64,000 nt of DNA from Octopus sinensis (taxonomy: Eukaryota): NCBI RefSeq assembly GCF_006345805.1, contig NC_043017.1, positions 22,258,001 to 22,322,000 on the forward strand, written 5' to 3'. This document shows positions 1 through 12,929 of the stretch, one piece after another. Numbering within the stretch: position 1 is the stretch's first letter; every line of letters begins with the position of its first letter. The notes beneath the pieces are model-generated. The model made no database searches. It was not told the DNA's origin and worked only from the letters and a program-made list of their open reading frames with translations. A program made the translations under genes and the position numbers.

Positions 1-17
1 AAATATTCCTTTTCCAA

Positions 18-215
18 AACTTGATGGCAGAACCATTAGCATGCCGGTAAAATCTTTTACAGCATTTCAGCTCTCTTTACATTCCAATTACAGATTCTTC
101 AGTGATTGGTTGTGCCTTTCATCCTTCCAGTGGGGACAAATGAGGGAGCTCTTGATTTCTGGGATCGATGTAATTGACAAGCTCTTCCTCCAAAATTTCA
201 GACTTTGTACAATGG
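18..215 (+). mobile_element. Diverged SINE family B copy
   Basis: TGGCAGAACCATTAGCATGCCGG and TGCCTTTCATCCTT...GATCGATGTAATTGAC match the family-B pattern seen at 57210. Confidence 0.5.
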
Positions 216-423
216 TGGAAAGGGTTTGTTATTATTATTCTTATAATTCATATTTTGAGAAATACATTGAAAATTTGCTTTCTGGGAACGAGAATTAGGT
301 ACATTTTGGAGAATGTGCATACAAGTATTTAAGATTAACAAGGATGTTACTGGCAAACAAAACTATTCAAAATTAACTAAAGTGTCCATTATTATTATTA
401 TTATTATCCATTACACTGTGTAA

Positions 424-977
424 TGACCAGAAGAGAATTAATGCATTCCAGCTTTGGTGTTGGAGAAGACTTTTACGGATTCCATGGACAGCGAGGCTCA
501 CCAATGGAGAAGTTCTTAAGCAGATCAGGCCAAAAATGTCGCTAGAAGCTAGGATCACCAAGCATAGATTGGCATATTTCAGTCATATTACGCGGAAAAA
601 ATCCCTAGAGAAGGACATCATACTCGGAATGGTCAGTGGCAAGAGAGAGACAGCGAGGCTCACCAATGGAGAAGTTCTTCAGCAGATCAGGCCAAAAATG
701 TTGCTAGAAGCTAGGATCACCAAGCATAGATTGGCATATTTCGGTCATATTATGCGGAGAAAATCCCTGGAGAAGGACATCATACTCGGAATGGTCAGTA
801 GCAACAGAGGAAGAGGCCGACCAAGAACCCGCTGGCTTGACACCATCAAGAGTGATATCGGAATGGACATAGCCAATCTGAAAGAAGTGGCCCAGGATAG
901 AACTGACTGAAGGACACTGATCCAACGAGTAACCGAGAGTCGACTTCGACTGAGCGGATAGATAGATAGATAGATAG
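424..977 (+). mobile_element. RTE-clade LINE, 5'-truncated 3' end with internal 162-bp duplication
   Basis: Translation AFQLWCWRRLLRIPWTAR...RLAYFGHIMR...LEKDIILGMV...RGRGRPRTRWLD is the RTE RT C-terminus; (ATAG)n tail; 14-bp TSD ATTACACTGTGTAA at 410-423 and 978-991. Confidence 0.93.
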
Positions 978-1295
978 ATTACACTGTGTAACACCTTTCG
1001 TTTTTGGCTTTGGTTAGTAAGTGTTATTTCCTATTGCCAGGGTTTTAAATCCAGGTTTTGTCCCTGTTAACGGGGGTGGCTGGATCTACCTCCATGTATT
1101 AGCAACCACCCTCACACCATCTCGCCATCTTGCCAGGTTTGAGGTGTCCTCCTTTTTCAAACCAACTCTCCCAATCTCCTCCTCCACTTGTCCCCTAAAT
1201 GGATGTAAAAATCTATTCAATCAAGCATAGGAGAATATTTTATATTTGTGAAGATTGGGCTGCCAGAAATGTAATTAAAATTATTGCTGGTGGAA

Positions 1296-1505
1296 AGGTG
1301 GTGAGCTGGCAGAATTGTTAGCATGCCAGGAAAAATGCTAAGCGGCATTTAATCTGTCTTTACATTCTGAGTTCAAATTTCACCAAAGTCACCTTTGCCT
1401 TTTGGGGGTCAATAAAATAAGTACCAGTTGTGCACTGGGGTTGATGTAATTGACTTACTCCTGTCCCAGAATTCCTGGCCTTGTGCTAAAATTTGAAATC
1501 AATAA
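1296..1505 (+). mobile_element. SINE family B, diverged
   Basis: GGTGGTGAGCTGGCAGAATTGTTAGCATGCCAGG head, GAGTTCAAAT B-box-like motif, TAAGTACCAGTTG. Confidence 0.75.
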
Positions 1506-2175
1506 TATTACAGGTGGACAGCCAAGTCAATAGTATACTGCTGGACAAATGATTTACAGTATTTTGTTATGATCCTTTACGTTCTAGGTTCAAATCTTGC
1601 CATATCAGAGACATTTTCCACCAACTTCCTAGGTTGATAAAATAAATATCAAAACTGGGGTTATTTTAATTGATGAAACCCTTCTTTTCCTCACAAATAT
1701 ATGGGCTTATAAATATGTTACAAACCATTATCATAATTATTATCATCATACCCCTGTATTTTCGTTTTTCTTTCTTTCAGTTGTTAGTTTCTCTTAGGCA
1801 AATTTATAAACCTATATTAAAATTTCGATTCCTTTCCATTTTTCTTTTCTTTTGGTGGGTGAAATTATCAGTTATCATGATAATATGATGAAGCCTCTTG
1901 CTCAAATCTCTTGAGAATTCTGTTGACAAAGCTATATATTAAGAACTAGCATCAGTGAAGATGTTCCATGATAATTCTTTTTACTTTATTTTTTTTTATT
2001 TTCTAAACAGGTAGGAAGAGAATATTAATAAGAGAATAAAATTTGAAAAATGCGAAATAAAACAAATACATAATGAGGTGTTCCAAAATATTTTCCAACA
2101 AAATGTTTTTTTTTTACTTTCTGCAATTTTGTAATTGAATACATGTACAGACATAAATACATTTAAATAAAAAAA

Positions 2176-2297
2176 TCATATATATATATATATATATCAA
2201 ACATATATATATATCATATATATATATATATATCAAACATATATATATATCATATATATATATATATCATATATATATATATATATATATCATATAT

Positions 2298-2348
<51 letters not shown>

Positions 2349-2355
2349 TAATATA

Positions 2356-2387
<32 letters not shown>

Positions 2388-2545
2388 TATATATATATAT
2401 ATATATGTATATATAGAGAGAGAGAGAGAAAGAGAGAGGGAGAGGGAGAGATAACTTAGATATTTTAATAAAAAGTAACCGTCATGTGTGTGTATATATA
2501 TGTGTGTATATGTGTGTGTGTGTGCACACACGTGTGAGAGTGTGT
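2176..2545. repeat. Compound (TA)n/(GA)n/(TG)n microsatellite
   Basis: Directly visible. Confidence 0.95.
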
Positions 2546-2677
2546 TACTTTTTATTTAAACATATTCATTTTTACAGGTTTTATTTTGCTTAATACTATC
2601 CAGCACTGAGATTCATAAATTTAAATCATTATATTATATTTTCAATAAAAAATATGAGTGTGTGTGTGTATGTGTGC

Positions 2678-2726
<49 letters not shown>

Positions 2727-2728
<2 letters not shown>

Positions 2729-3290
2729 GGGGTTGGACAAAATAATATAAACTCATAGCATCATTATTTTGAAATATCTATAAAACTGTCAAAAACGTGT
2801 TTATTTTTATGTTTTTTTATTTATTATTAGTGTTGCTTAATATGTTTTGTTAAAATTGCTGTTTCTCTTCAGATATGATGAGAAAAAGGTAATTAAAGTT
2901 CATTAAAATGACAGATCTATTGGACTTTCAAAGATGTCAAATTGTTGGTGCTCATATGGCAGGTGCTACCATAACAAAAACAGCCAAAATATTTGGTGTA
3001 TCTAGAAGTACTGTCTCAAAAGTAATGACAGCCTTTGAGAAAAAGAGAAAAACCTCCTCATTGAAACAAACTCTGGAAGAAAACCAAAACTTTCAGATAG
3101 GGACCATCGGACTCTTACATGAATTGTTAGAAAGGAGCATAAAAGTACAGTTCCCAAAATTACTGCAGAGCATAATGACCACCTAATGACCACAAAAATT
3201 GTACAGTGGGAGCTGCACAAAGCAGGATTTCATGAGAAGGCTGCAATCAGAAAACCAATACTTTTAAAAATAAATGTTGCAAAGCATTCT
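2727..3290 (+). mobile_element. Tc1-like DNA transposon, left TIR and N-terminal transposase fragment
   Basis: TIR CAGGGGTTGGACAAAATAAT; ORF at 2908 MTDLLDFQRCQIVGAHMAGATITKTAKIFGVSRSTVSKVM is a Tc1 paired-like HTH; frameshifted afterwards. Confidence 0.9.
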
Positions 3291-3635
3291 TTGATGCCAG
3301 TCAGTCACAAGGTCACTCATCTCTACAAACTGGGTGTTCTGGAGTAATGCATCACCTTGTCCAGGAATTGAAACCACATTGGCAAGTTAGAAGATTACTA
3401 CCATTTTTAATTCCAGGAGGAGCCTCCTCCTGGGTTAAAAACAGCAGTAACATCGATGCCTATGGAACAGCCATACTGATGTTATGGTAAGCATTACTCA
3501 CATATATATATATATATATATATTTATACATTTGCAAGCACACACATATATAAATACATATATATATATATATATACACTTGTAAGCACATGCACATATA
3601 TAGATATTAATTTATATATATATATATATATACAG

Positions 3636-3669
<34 letters not shown>

Positions 3670-4248
3670 TTCATGCACACACACACACACACACACAAGC
3701 ATAAACATGCTTACACACAAGCAATCAAAGATATTATACAATTCTCTTATCAAACTTTGTTAGTAATTTCAAGTAAGAAATTTCCATAAATAAAAATATA
3801 TATATTACTTTTTTACTTTAGAACTTGACTTGATAGAATAGCGCCTTACAGAATCAGGTGTTATTGTTTCCTTATAATCTACATGCTCTGTGTTGTATGA
3901 TAGATACTTGACTAACCTGGAATTATTTTCATCAAGATATAAACAGTGTATCTCAAGTGAGATATAATTCACTCCAGTATGAAGCAATATTCAGATAATT
4001 TGGAGTGCAAACATTGGATCTGAAAAAGCTTTTCCAGTTTTCTGAAATGTTAAAATTTGCTTTCTTGTTAAATTTGTATATCTACTATTCTTAGCTTCTT
4101 TTAAAATCCTTAATTTGCTGAAAGTCAAGCAGTTTATTTGTGTGTGACTAGCCTGTGAGAAACATTTAAAACAATTATTTGTCTGCGTTTGTGTGTTTGT
4201 GTGTAAATTTGCATTACTTGTGTGTGTGTATGCATATATATGTATACA

Positions 4249-4655
4249 CTTTACTCTCTTTACCCTTTACTTGTTTCAGTCATTTTGACTGCGGCCATGC
4301 TGTAGCACCGCCTTTAGTTGAGCAAATCGTCCCCGGGACTTATTCTTTGTAAGGCTAGTATTTATTCTATCAGTCTCTTTTGCTGAACTGCTAAGTTACA
4401 GGGATGTAAACACACCAGCATCGGTTGTCAAGCGATGTTAGGGACACACACACACCTATCTATCTATCTATCTATCTATCTATATATATATATATATATA
4501 CGACGGGCTTCTTTCAGTTTCCGTCTACCAAATCCACTCACAAGGCTTTGGTCAGCCCGAGGCTACAGTAGAAGACACTTGCCCAAGGTGCCACACAGTG
4601 GGACTGAATCCAGAACCATGTGGTTGGTAAGTAAGCTACTTACCACACAGCCACT
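4249..4655 (-). mobile_element. SINE family A (tRNA head, CORE-like CTTGGGCAAGTG, CR1-like tail)
   Basis: Reverse complement of the 7993-8410 copy. Confidence 0.9.
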
Positions 4656-4702
4656 AAGACAGGTGTATGAACAACAAGCAGGTCTATAGTTTGACATTCG
4701 GG

Positions 4703-4744
<42 letters not shown>

Positions 4745-4745
4745 T

Positions 4746-4990
4746 GTGTTAGTGCCACTTAAAAAACGCCCATGCTGGCAACACATAGAAAACACCTGTG
4801 CTGTCACAAAAAAATGGACACAGTACACTCTGCAAAGTGGTTGGTATAAGGAAGGGCACTCAGATGGAGAAACCATACCAAAAGAGATGTCTGGAACATG
4901 GTGCAGCCTTCCAGCTTGCCAGCTTCTATCACATTGTCCAACCCATGCCAGTATGAAAAATGGACGTTAAAGGGTGATGATGATGACAAC
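4746..4990 (+). mobile_element. SINE-like family E (RTE-type tail ending in (GAT)n)
   Basis: GGAAGGGCA...CCAACCCATGCCAGTATGAAAAATGGACGTTAAA then GATGAT tail, shared with copies at 6095, 20128 and 44606. Confidence 0.7.
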
Positions 4991-5174
4991 ATCCATAAAT
5001 GCATTATTCATATACATTATACAATTTTTATATATGTATACATACATATTGATACATAGAGATGCTTGTACATACACACACATATATATACACCCACATA
5101 CATATTCATCATTAGTGAATATATATATTCACTCATACGTATACCTATATCTATATACATATGTGTATCATTCA

Positions 5175-5345
5175 TTTTCATTTTATCTAATTTCAGCTCA
5201 CGAGCTGTGGCCATGCTGGGGCACCGCCATTTATATATGTATATATATGTATATATGTATATATATATGTGCACCGCCATTTATATATGTATATGTATAT
5301 ATATGTATTTATATATGTATATATATGGGGCACCGCCATTTATAT
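5175..5345 (-). mobile_element. Very short CR1-like LINE tail plus derived tandem repeat
   Basis: TTTCAGCTCACGAGCTGTGGCCATGCTGGGGCACCGCCATT nearly identical to 13056-13096; GCACCGCCATTTATATATG repeated three times. Confidence 0.8.
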
Positions 5346-6094
5346 ATGTATATATATGTATTTATATATGTATATATATATGTGCATATGAATGCAAATA
5401 AATCTTTATATTCTATTTCATATTCTAACAGTTTAATTTTCATTTTATTGGTTTATTTCTATCTTAACCATTTTCTCTTAATATAATACCATTTTATTTT
5501 CTGTTCCATCAATTTATTATTTAAGCAGATTATATTTCATTTTAACACTTTTTTAGTGTATTTTGCAAATTTATTTCCTATTTACAGTATTTAGTTTATA
5601 TCACAATATTTTTCATTTTTGACTTAAGTGGGTGTTCTCTGTATTTCTGCTTTTTATTTACTATTTCTATTTGTATGATATTCTTCAATTCAATGATGAG
5701 AAATAGTGACTGCAAAATTACAGTAGTGGATATGCAAGGTCTATAGGTTATGATTTTAAAATTTGCTTAGTGCCATTGTGGCTACTTCCAAAGGCACAGA
5801 GAAGATAGTATTATCTTCACTTCGGTAACCTATTGTTATTAATTTACAAAACTCAAATCTGCTTTGGTTCATGATTGTCACAAGTAAGTGCAGCTGGCTT
5901 GCAGAGATTTAATATCGGAGCATTTACAGAGTTATTTAACTGAGGCTTTGGTTAGAAATAAAAGAAACATTGAGGGGAATATTGAAGTTGCTTGTTGAAG
6001 CATATTTTAAGATACTTTTTGGCAGATCTATAATCTTAGACTGGTCAATATCTTCTGAGAGAATTTGATAGAGAGAAATTATGTGGAAGCCTAC

Positions 6095-6281
6095 CATCAT
6101 CATCATCATCATTTAGCGTCCGCTTTCCATGCTAGCATGGGTTGGATGGTTCAACTGGGGTCTGGGAAGCCAGAAGGCTGCATCAGGCCCAGTCTGATCT
6201 GGCAGTGTTTCTACGGCTGGATGCCCTTCCTAATGCCAACCACTCCGTGAGTGTAGTGGGTGCTTTTTACATGCCGCCCGC
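6095..6281 (-). mobile_element. Family E copy
   Basis: (CAT)n TTAGCGTCCGCTTTCCATGCTAGCATGGGTTGG...GGATGCCCTTCCTAATGCCAACCA. Confidence 0.85.
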
Positions 6282-6333
6282 ACACATATATATATGTGTG
6301 TGTGTGTATATATATTTATATATATATATATAT

Positions 6334-6998
6334 AGGTTCAGGCATGGGTGTGTGGTAAGAAGCCGGTCTTATTAATGAATGTCGTCTGTGTGTGTGTGTG
6401 TGTGTGTGCATATGAAGGTACATATGTATTTATGCAGTGGAGATACATGGCCTAGTGGTTAGAGCAGCAGACTTGTGATTGAAGGATCACGGGTTCGAAT
6501 CTCAGACCGGGTAATGTGTGTGTTTATGAGTGAAACACCTAAGCTCCATGTGGCTCTGGCAGAAGGTAATGGCGAACTTCTGCTGACTTTTTCACCACAA
6601 CTTTCTCTCACTCTTTCCTCCTGCATCTTGCAACTCACCTGCGACAGACCAGTGTGCCATCCAGGTGGGGAACCTATACGCCAATGAAACTGGGAAACTG
6701 GCCCTTATGAGCCAGGCATGGCTTGAGAAGGAACAAACAATAACAATGTATTTATGTAGGTATGTTCACTTTCCAGACATTTGTACATTACTGCATATGC
6801 TTTATACGCACTTTTGACAAGTTGTGTTGCACCCGAGCACTGTATACAATAATTTCATTATTATTATAATTCTGGGTTCAGTCCCACTGCGTGGCACCTT
6901 GGGAAGTGTCTTCTACTATAACCTCAGAATGACCAAAGCCTTATGAGTGGATTTGGTAGACACAAACCGAAAGACCATCATATATATATGCGTGCGTG

Positions 6999-7032
<34 letters not shown>

Positions 7033-7210
7033 ACCACCATCACTTGACAACCGAATTCCCATAACTTAGCAGGTCAGCAAAAGAGACTGATAATATAAGT
7101 TCTAGACTTCCAAAGAAGCTCTGGGGGTCAAATTCTTTGACTAAAAAACCCTTTAAGGTGGTTCTCTAGCATGGCCACAGTCTATTGACAGAAACAGCAG
7201 AATAACAGAA
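6334..7210 (+). mobile_element. SINE family A split by nested insertions
   Basis: Head at 6334-6365 resumes at 6871 (CTGGGTTCAGTCCCACTGCGTGGCACCTTGGG) and runs to the tail near 7200. Confidence 0.75.
6439..6745 (+). mobile_element. SINE family C (tRNA-derived head)
   Basis: A box TGGCCTAGTGG, B box GGTTCGAATC, (ACA)n tail, TSD ATGTATTTATG at 6424-6434 and 6746-6756; second copy at 47718. Confidence 0.88.
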
Positions 7211-7794
7211 TATATAGACAAGTGGGGTTATCTAACAAGAATCATCAGTGAATGGCTCTAGCTTTAAGAATATAAAACCCTTAACACTCTATATACAGAA
7301 TGTTTTATCAACCTTCTGATAATTTTTTCTTTTCTTTTTATTTCATTGATAGATATTTTTATCACACCAAATTGCATTCTTTCACATAACAGCAAATTCA
7401 GCCATGAATGCAGAAAGCAATTTCCATTTTGTATCATCTGATATCCATCTCGAAGGACTTGATATCTTCCTTTCTTATAAATGATGTTCTTAGTAAAGAT
7501 AGAACCCAATATCACAGAAATATGAAATTGATTCATTTACTTTGCTAATTTCCCATGAAAGACAATAGGCGACACCATCTTCCTAAGGCCACTGCCTTAT
7601 AAATAATGTTAAGTTTCAGACAACAGAGAAATCATACTTGTAATCTTTGGCTACACCAGCTATTAAACTACATTATTTTTCTTCACAGCAATAACCACTC
7701 ATCAGAGTTTGCCTAGCAAATGTTTTCCAGTGAAACACAAAGCAACAAAGAAAATCATACGTTATAAAAATCCTATAAATTCCATATATATATA

Positions 7795-7990
7795 TAAGGT
7801 TGAAAAGGAACACACAAGTTGATATGTTTAAGGAAAATAAGACCAGGTAGAAAATGCTAAAATAATTTTATCATGAAGAACATTTTGGGACCGGTTTCAG
7901 TCTTTGCAACTTTTTCAACTTAGAGTAAAGCATGAAAAACAATTAAATTGTGGAAAAATTAAATGAAAAGTTTTTAAAAAATATTTCATA
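7795..7990 (-). mobile_element. Possible Penelope-like pLTR fragment with decayed hammerhead core
   Basis: Minus strand TTGAAAA-AGTT GCAAA GACT-GAAACCGGTC (7918-7889); sits after a TA repeat. Confidence 0.4.
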
Positions 7991-7992
7991 TA

Positions 7993-8410
7993 GGCGCAGG
8001 AGTGGCTGTGTGGTAAGTAGCTTGCTAACCAACCACATGGTTCCGGGTTCAGTCCCACTGCGTGGTATCTTGGGCAAGTGTCTTCTACTATAGCCTCGGG
8101 CCGACCAAAGCCTTGTGAGTGGATTTGGTAGACGGAAACTGAAAGAAGCCCGTCATATATATGTATATATATATATGCGTGTGTGTGTTTGTGTGTCTGT
8201 GTTTATTCCACTAGCATTGCTTGACAACCGATGCTGGTGTGTTTATGTCCCCGTTACTTAGCGGTTCGGCAAAAGAGACCAATAGAATAAGTACTGGGCT
8301 TACAAAAAGAATAAGTCCCGGGGTCGAGTTGCTCGATTAAACGCAGTGCTCCAGCATGGCCGCAGTCAAATGACTGAAACAAGTAAAAGAGTAAAAGAGA
8401 GTAAAGAGTA
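7993..8410 (+). mobile_element. SINE family A, full length
   Basis: GGCGCAGGAGTGGCTGTGTGG (A box), GGTTCAGTCCC (B box), internal TA/TG microsatellite, tail GCAGTCAAATGACTGAAACAAGT(AAAAGAGT)n. Confidence 0.95.
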
Positions 8411-8483
8411 TAGTTTTCAAATGGAAGAGACATTTTCCTTTTTTCTGTCTGTCTGTCTCTGTCTCTCTTTTTTATTCATGTCA

Positions 8484-8815
8484 GTGAATGTGCCACTTAA
8501 AAAGTGCCAGTGCCACTTAAAAAGTGCCAGTCCCACTTAAAAAGCATCCAGTTCACACTGTAAAATGGTTGGTGTTTGGAAAAGTATCCAGCAGTAAAAA
8601 CCTTGCCAAAACTGACCTCACCTGTTCTTGTACCATGTAAAAATCTCCAAGTCCACTCTGCAGAATGGTTGGTGTTAGGAAGGGCATCCAGCTGTAGATA
8701 TTCTTCTGAAACAGTCACAGAAGTCTGGTGTAGGCTTCTGCCTGGCCAACTCCTGTCAGATCATGCCACCCATGCCAGCAGATGTTAAACGATGATTATG
8801 ATGATGATGATGATA
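8484..8815 (+). mobile_element. Family E copy with tandem GTGCCACTTAAAAA head
   Basis: TGGTTGGTGTTAGGAAGGGCATCCAGCTGTAG...ACCCATGCCAGCA...GTTAAACGATGAT. Confidence 0.8.
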
Positions 8816-8824
8816 CGATTAAAA

Positions 8825-9142
8825 TAACAATAATCCTTGGATGGGATTTATAAACATTTAATGCATCGCTACACACGTTTCCACAAATCACATGTCTTGT
8901 AAGATCACAGTCTGTATTCTTAGCATGATTACAATGCAGTCTGTAGCAGCTGTGGCCATCGGGTTGATCATCTTCATGGATTCATTTCTTCAGGTGATAT
9001 AACAATAGTAAATGTACAACAGTGGGATGCTGATCCCTTTCCACCAGTATGAAGGTTAAGCTAGTTATGTAGGTATTCCTGTGACCAGCATAACAGGAGC
9101 TTTATTTGCATTTTCATAACATTTCCCATAAACAAATTTAAA
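8825..9142 (-). repeat. Unnamed interspersed repeat, copy 1
   Basis: Reverse complement aligns by eye with 12262-12560 (TCACCTGAAGAAATGAAT, AATACAGACTGTGATCTTA, AAATGTTTATAAA, CATCCAAGGATTATT). Confidence 0.7.
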
Positions 9143-9210
9143 AGATATATATATATATATTTATAAATGTTTATAAACATTTATAAACATATATATATAT
9201 ATATATATAT

Positions 9211-9397
9211 CGCCATGATCGATCTTTAGCCACTACATACATTTTTTTCTCTCCTTGTTTTTTCTGTGTCCCTTTCTGTAGAAGAGCGTAGGCTCGAAAC
9301 GTAAAAGACTTTTTCTATTCCTGAGCATTATACTAATACATCTGTTTGTTTTGTACAATAGCTGTCCTTGTCTTTTGTTTTTTTCGTAAACTCTCCC
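9211..9397 (+). mobile_element. Penelope-like pLTR fragment with minimal hammerhead-like motif
   Basis: CTTT-CTGTAGA-A-GAGC GTAG GCTC-GAAAC-GTA-AAAG at 9272-9307; homologous copy at 54143; flanked by TA repeats. Confidence 0.6.
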
Positions 9398-9407
9398 TAT
9401 ATATATA

Positions 9408-9803
9408 TCTTTATATATAAAAGTGAGGTTGTGTGCTGTCTGTCTCCTACGATTTAGATTCCTAACTATTCCCACATTTTGCGGTGCAGTTTAACCAAAA
9501 CTGGGTATCTTATAGTCGTGATTCATATCGAGCCCTTCTTGGTATTAGCGCGTGTCTACGATGAGTCTACGATTTAAAAAAAAATTTACCATCAATTTTT
9601 CCCGTTTTTAATGCATTTTTGGCATATATAAGGGAAGTAACTCTCTAAAAATTTATTATTAAATCTCAGAACGTAAAAAGCTACAGTAACAGCCCCCCTT
9701 TGTGGTTAGCCATATTGAGATGGCTATTATACTTTACATCTCTAAAAATGCTTATATAGTTATTTCCCTTACAAACCCGAGCAACGCCGGGCGATACTGC
9801 TAG
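9408..9803 (+). mobile_element. Non-autonomous Helitron
   Basis: 5' TC terminus, subterminal hairpin CCCGAGCAACGCCGGG, 3' CTAG, inserted between A and T with no TSD. Confidence 0.88.
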
Positions 9804-10070
9804 TATATATATATATATACACACACATATGTACATGGTTTGGGAGAGTTGTGTTTGTCCCTCATTGCCTGACACTCAAATTGAGCAATTTTTCAGAAAG
9901 AGACCAACAAATATGTAGCAGGTTTTAAAAAAAAATATTGAGATCAATCTGACCAACTAGAACCCTGCAAGGCAGGGCTCCAGTATGACCACAGTCCAGT
10001 GACTGAAACCAGCAATAGAACAAAAAAGAAATAACGCAGCCTGTTTAGTCACAAGGTTTATTTTTATTAG

Positions 10071-10307
10071 TGGTGAGTGGAGAGAAATATACGAAGGGTG
10101 ATATTAATACTAACAGCATTAGCAATTTAAGGAGAATGAAATACCTACAATTACCAACTAAAACCATGCGACCTTCACTTAGCAGGAGTTTAGTGTTTAC
10201 TCTGTGTTATTCTGTGCATTATAAAGTCTTAGTAAAACCTTTCTCATTCCAACATATGCAGTCGTTTAATGGATTACAGTATTATGTCTTCATAATGAAG
10301 AGATCAG
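10071..10307 (+). other. Exon-like open segment of unknown identity
   Basis: TTTATTTTTATTAG acceptor, CAG|GTATCA donor, 237 nt, open in the frame of ORF 10070-10429; no confident homology. Confidence 0.25.
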
Positions 10308-11118
10308 GTATCAGGTACATTAGGAGAAGAAGAAAAAAAAGAGATATTCTAGATATCGCTTTATTCACCATCACCAATGATTTTGCTTCTATTTTTCCCT
10401 ATACTAATATGATTTTTATTGATTTATGAGACAAACTATGTCCATTTTCCAATGTGATACATTGTTAGTTTATACCAAGTAAGAAGAACACAAGAATTCT
10501 AAAAACCAATACCATTGAACCTACAACGATTGACAAAAAGATATTAAAATGATGAAGGTAGCAATGATGGAAATGGTATTGAAAATCATGAAAGAAGGGT
10601 CACAATAGTTGAGTGAATGATGTGTCTGTTAGTCAATGGAATGTGGTTGAATATATTTGTATTTTATGTATGTTTGCAACCCGGAGTAGACTAGGAGTTG
10701 AATGAATAAATAAAATGGATGGAACATAATGTTTCTTCTATTCATGCAATTCAAGGACTGCGTCTTTCTCTTAAGAATAATAACAAGTGTATAAAACAAC
10801 CATTATACTAAAGACTAATATAATCAAAGTTCTGAGGTTGATTCAATGGTTTTTGATACCAAACCTGCCTGAGACCACCCAGAGTCTTGTGTAATAAGCT
10901 TCTTGTTTTAAAGTGGTCTAAATTAAAATCTTCCACCCAAATCCCATGCTATTTTATATTCCACACTCCTACTTAAAAATGACAAAATTATCTTATTAAA
11001 TTCTTCGTTATTTTCAAAATTAATTTAAAGAAAAGCTGTTTATTTCAACAGAAATATGGTAACAGAAAGGTAAAGTAGGAGTTGTTAAGTAGATTCTTTT
11101 CTGCTGTTTTACAGAATA

Positions 11119-11535
11119 TTTATTTCTTTATTGCCCACAAGGGGGTACACACAGAGGGAACAAACAAGGACAAACAGATTAGATCGATTATATCGACCCC
11201 AGTACATAACCGGTACTTATTTAATCAACCCCAAAAGGATGAAAGGCAAAGTTGAACTCGGCAGAATTTGAACTCAGGACGTAGTGGCAGACGAAATACC
11301 TATTTCTTTACTACCCACAAGGGGGCTAAACACAGAGAGGACAAACAAGGACAGACAAACGGATTAAATCGATTATATCGACCCCAGCGCATAACTGGTA
11401 CTTATTTAATCGACCCCAAAAGGATGAAAGGCAAAGTCGACATCAGCGGAATTTGAACTCAGAACATAACGGCAGACGAAATACCACTAAGCATTTCACC
11501 TGGCATGCTAACGTTTCTGCCAGCTGGCCACCTTA
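11119..11535 (-). mobile_element. SINE family B head-to-tail dimer
   Basis: Two ~180-bp units joined at GAAATAC|CTATTTC; Meta-domain-like GCCTTTCATCCTTTTGGGGTCGAT on the minus strand. Confidence 0.9.
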
Positions 11536-11782
11536 ATTTGCATCATAATATTACCTATAAATTAAATACTCTACAATTAAATCATAGCTAGAACTAGTGA
11601 TTATATCATTCTCTTCTAACACTTCACTTCTCTGTTGTATTGCTTTTATTTACCTTTTTTAAACACATCAAAGAAAATATTTGAACATCTGACACAAACT
11701 AACATTAATTGCCACATAATTAAGTCATTAGTGTAACTAGTGATTTCATTTGTATCTTTTCGTTTTGGTTCTTCTGTTATTA

Positions 11783-11819
<37 letters not shown>

Positions 11820-11918
11820 AAAACCACCTTGAATTCTGTAATTTGTAATTCATTCAAGGACCAGAGCCTTAGTGCTGCACATTATACATACATACATTAT
11901 ATTCACACACTCATACAC

Positions 11919-12042
<124 letters not shown>

Positions 12043-12261
12043 TAGCATTCTGATATCAATGAGTCTGTACTTACAAATGATAATCCACATAAAAGCAGGC
12101 CTGAAGTTAATGGTAAATCGAAACTTTGATATGTATAATGTATAAACAAATAGTCATGAATACACACATACATATATATGTGAGTGTGTGTGTGCATGTG
12201 TGTGTGGCGTGTGTGTGTGTATCTTAATGCATATATATACATATATACACATATATATATC

Positions 12262-12559
12262 CTTTAAGTTTGTTTACAGAAACATTTTGAATATGTGTAT
12301 AAAAGCATATAAAATGCTCACAAACCCTGATCAAAATTTGTAAACAACCCTCAGTTAAAAATCTATTAATGCTATTTCACCCGAAGAAATGAATGCACGA
12401 ACATGATCTACCTGATTTTCCCGGATACTATGGACTGTACTGTAATCAAATCATCCCAGGAATACGGACTATGATCTTAAGAAACAAGTGCTTCGTGGAA
12501 ATGCACGTAATGAGGCACTAAAATGTTTATAAACTACATCCAGGGATTATTATTGTCAT

Positions 12560-12560
<1 letters not shown>
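12262..12560 (+). repeat. Unnamed interspersed repeat, copy 2
   Basis: Homologous to 8825-9142 in the opposite orientation. Confidence 0.7.
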
Positions 12561-12647
<87 letters not shown>

Positions 12648-12770
12648 GGAAGAGAGCAGTTAAAAAACATCTCCATGCGTGTTGGATGATTAATGTTTAA
12701 ATAAAACATCAACAATTCTCCTTGATATGAAATGATATAAGGCGGGTGAGATGAATTAAGTCTATATTAA

Positions 12771-12929
12771 GGGCATAGGAAAATATTTTTTTCTAGCCTA
12801 TATGCTGAAGACAGACATTAAATCGTCTCACCACTTTCAAAATCACAAAAATTCTTGTGGTTTTTGAAGTGGTGAGACGATTTAATGTCTACCTTCAGTA
12901 TATAATGTGGAAAAAACTTTTTTATGCCC
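12771..12929. mobile_element. Foldback MITE with TTAA TSD (Kolobok-like GG...CC ends)
   Basis: TTAA|GGGCATA...TATGCCC|TTAA; arms complementary almost to the centre (AGACATTAAATCGTCTCACCACTT / AAGTGGTGAGACGATTTAATGTCT). Confidence 0.75.

Noticed and set aside
7993-8065. tRNA genes at SINE heads (also 6439, 26376, 56568, 57210)
   Set aside because: A/B boxes are present but run directly into SINE bodies with tails or TSDs; no complete cloverleaf established.
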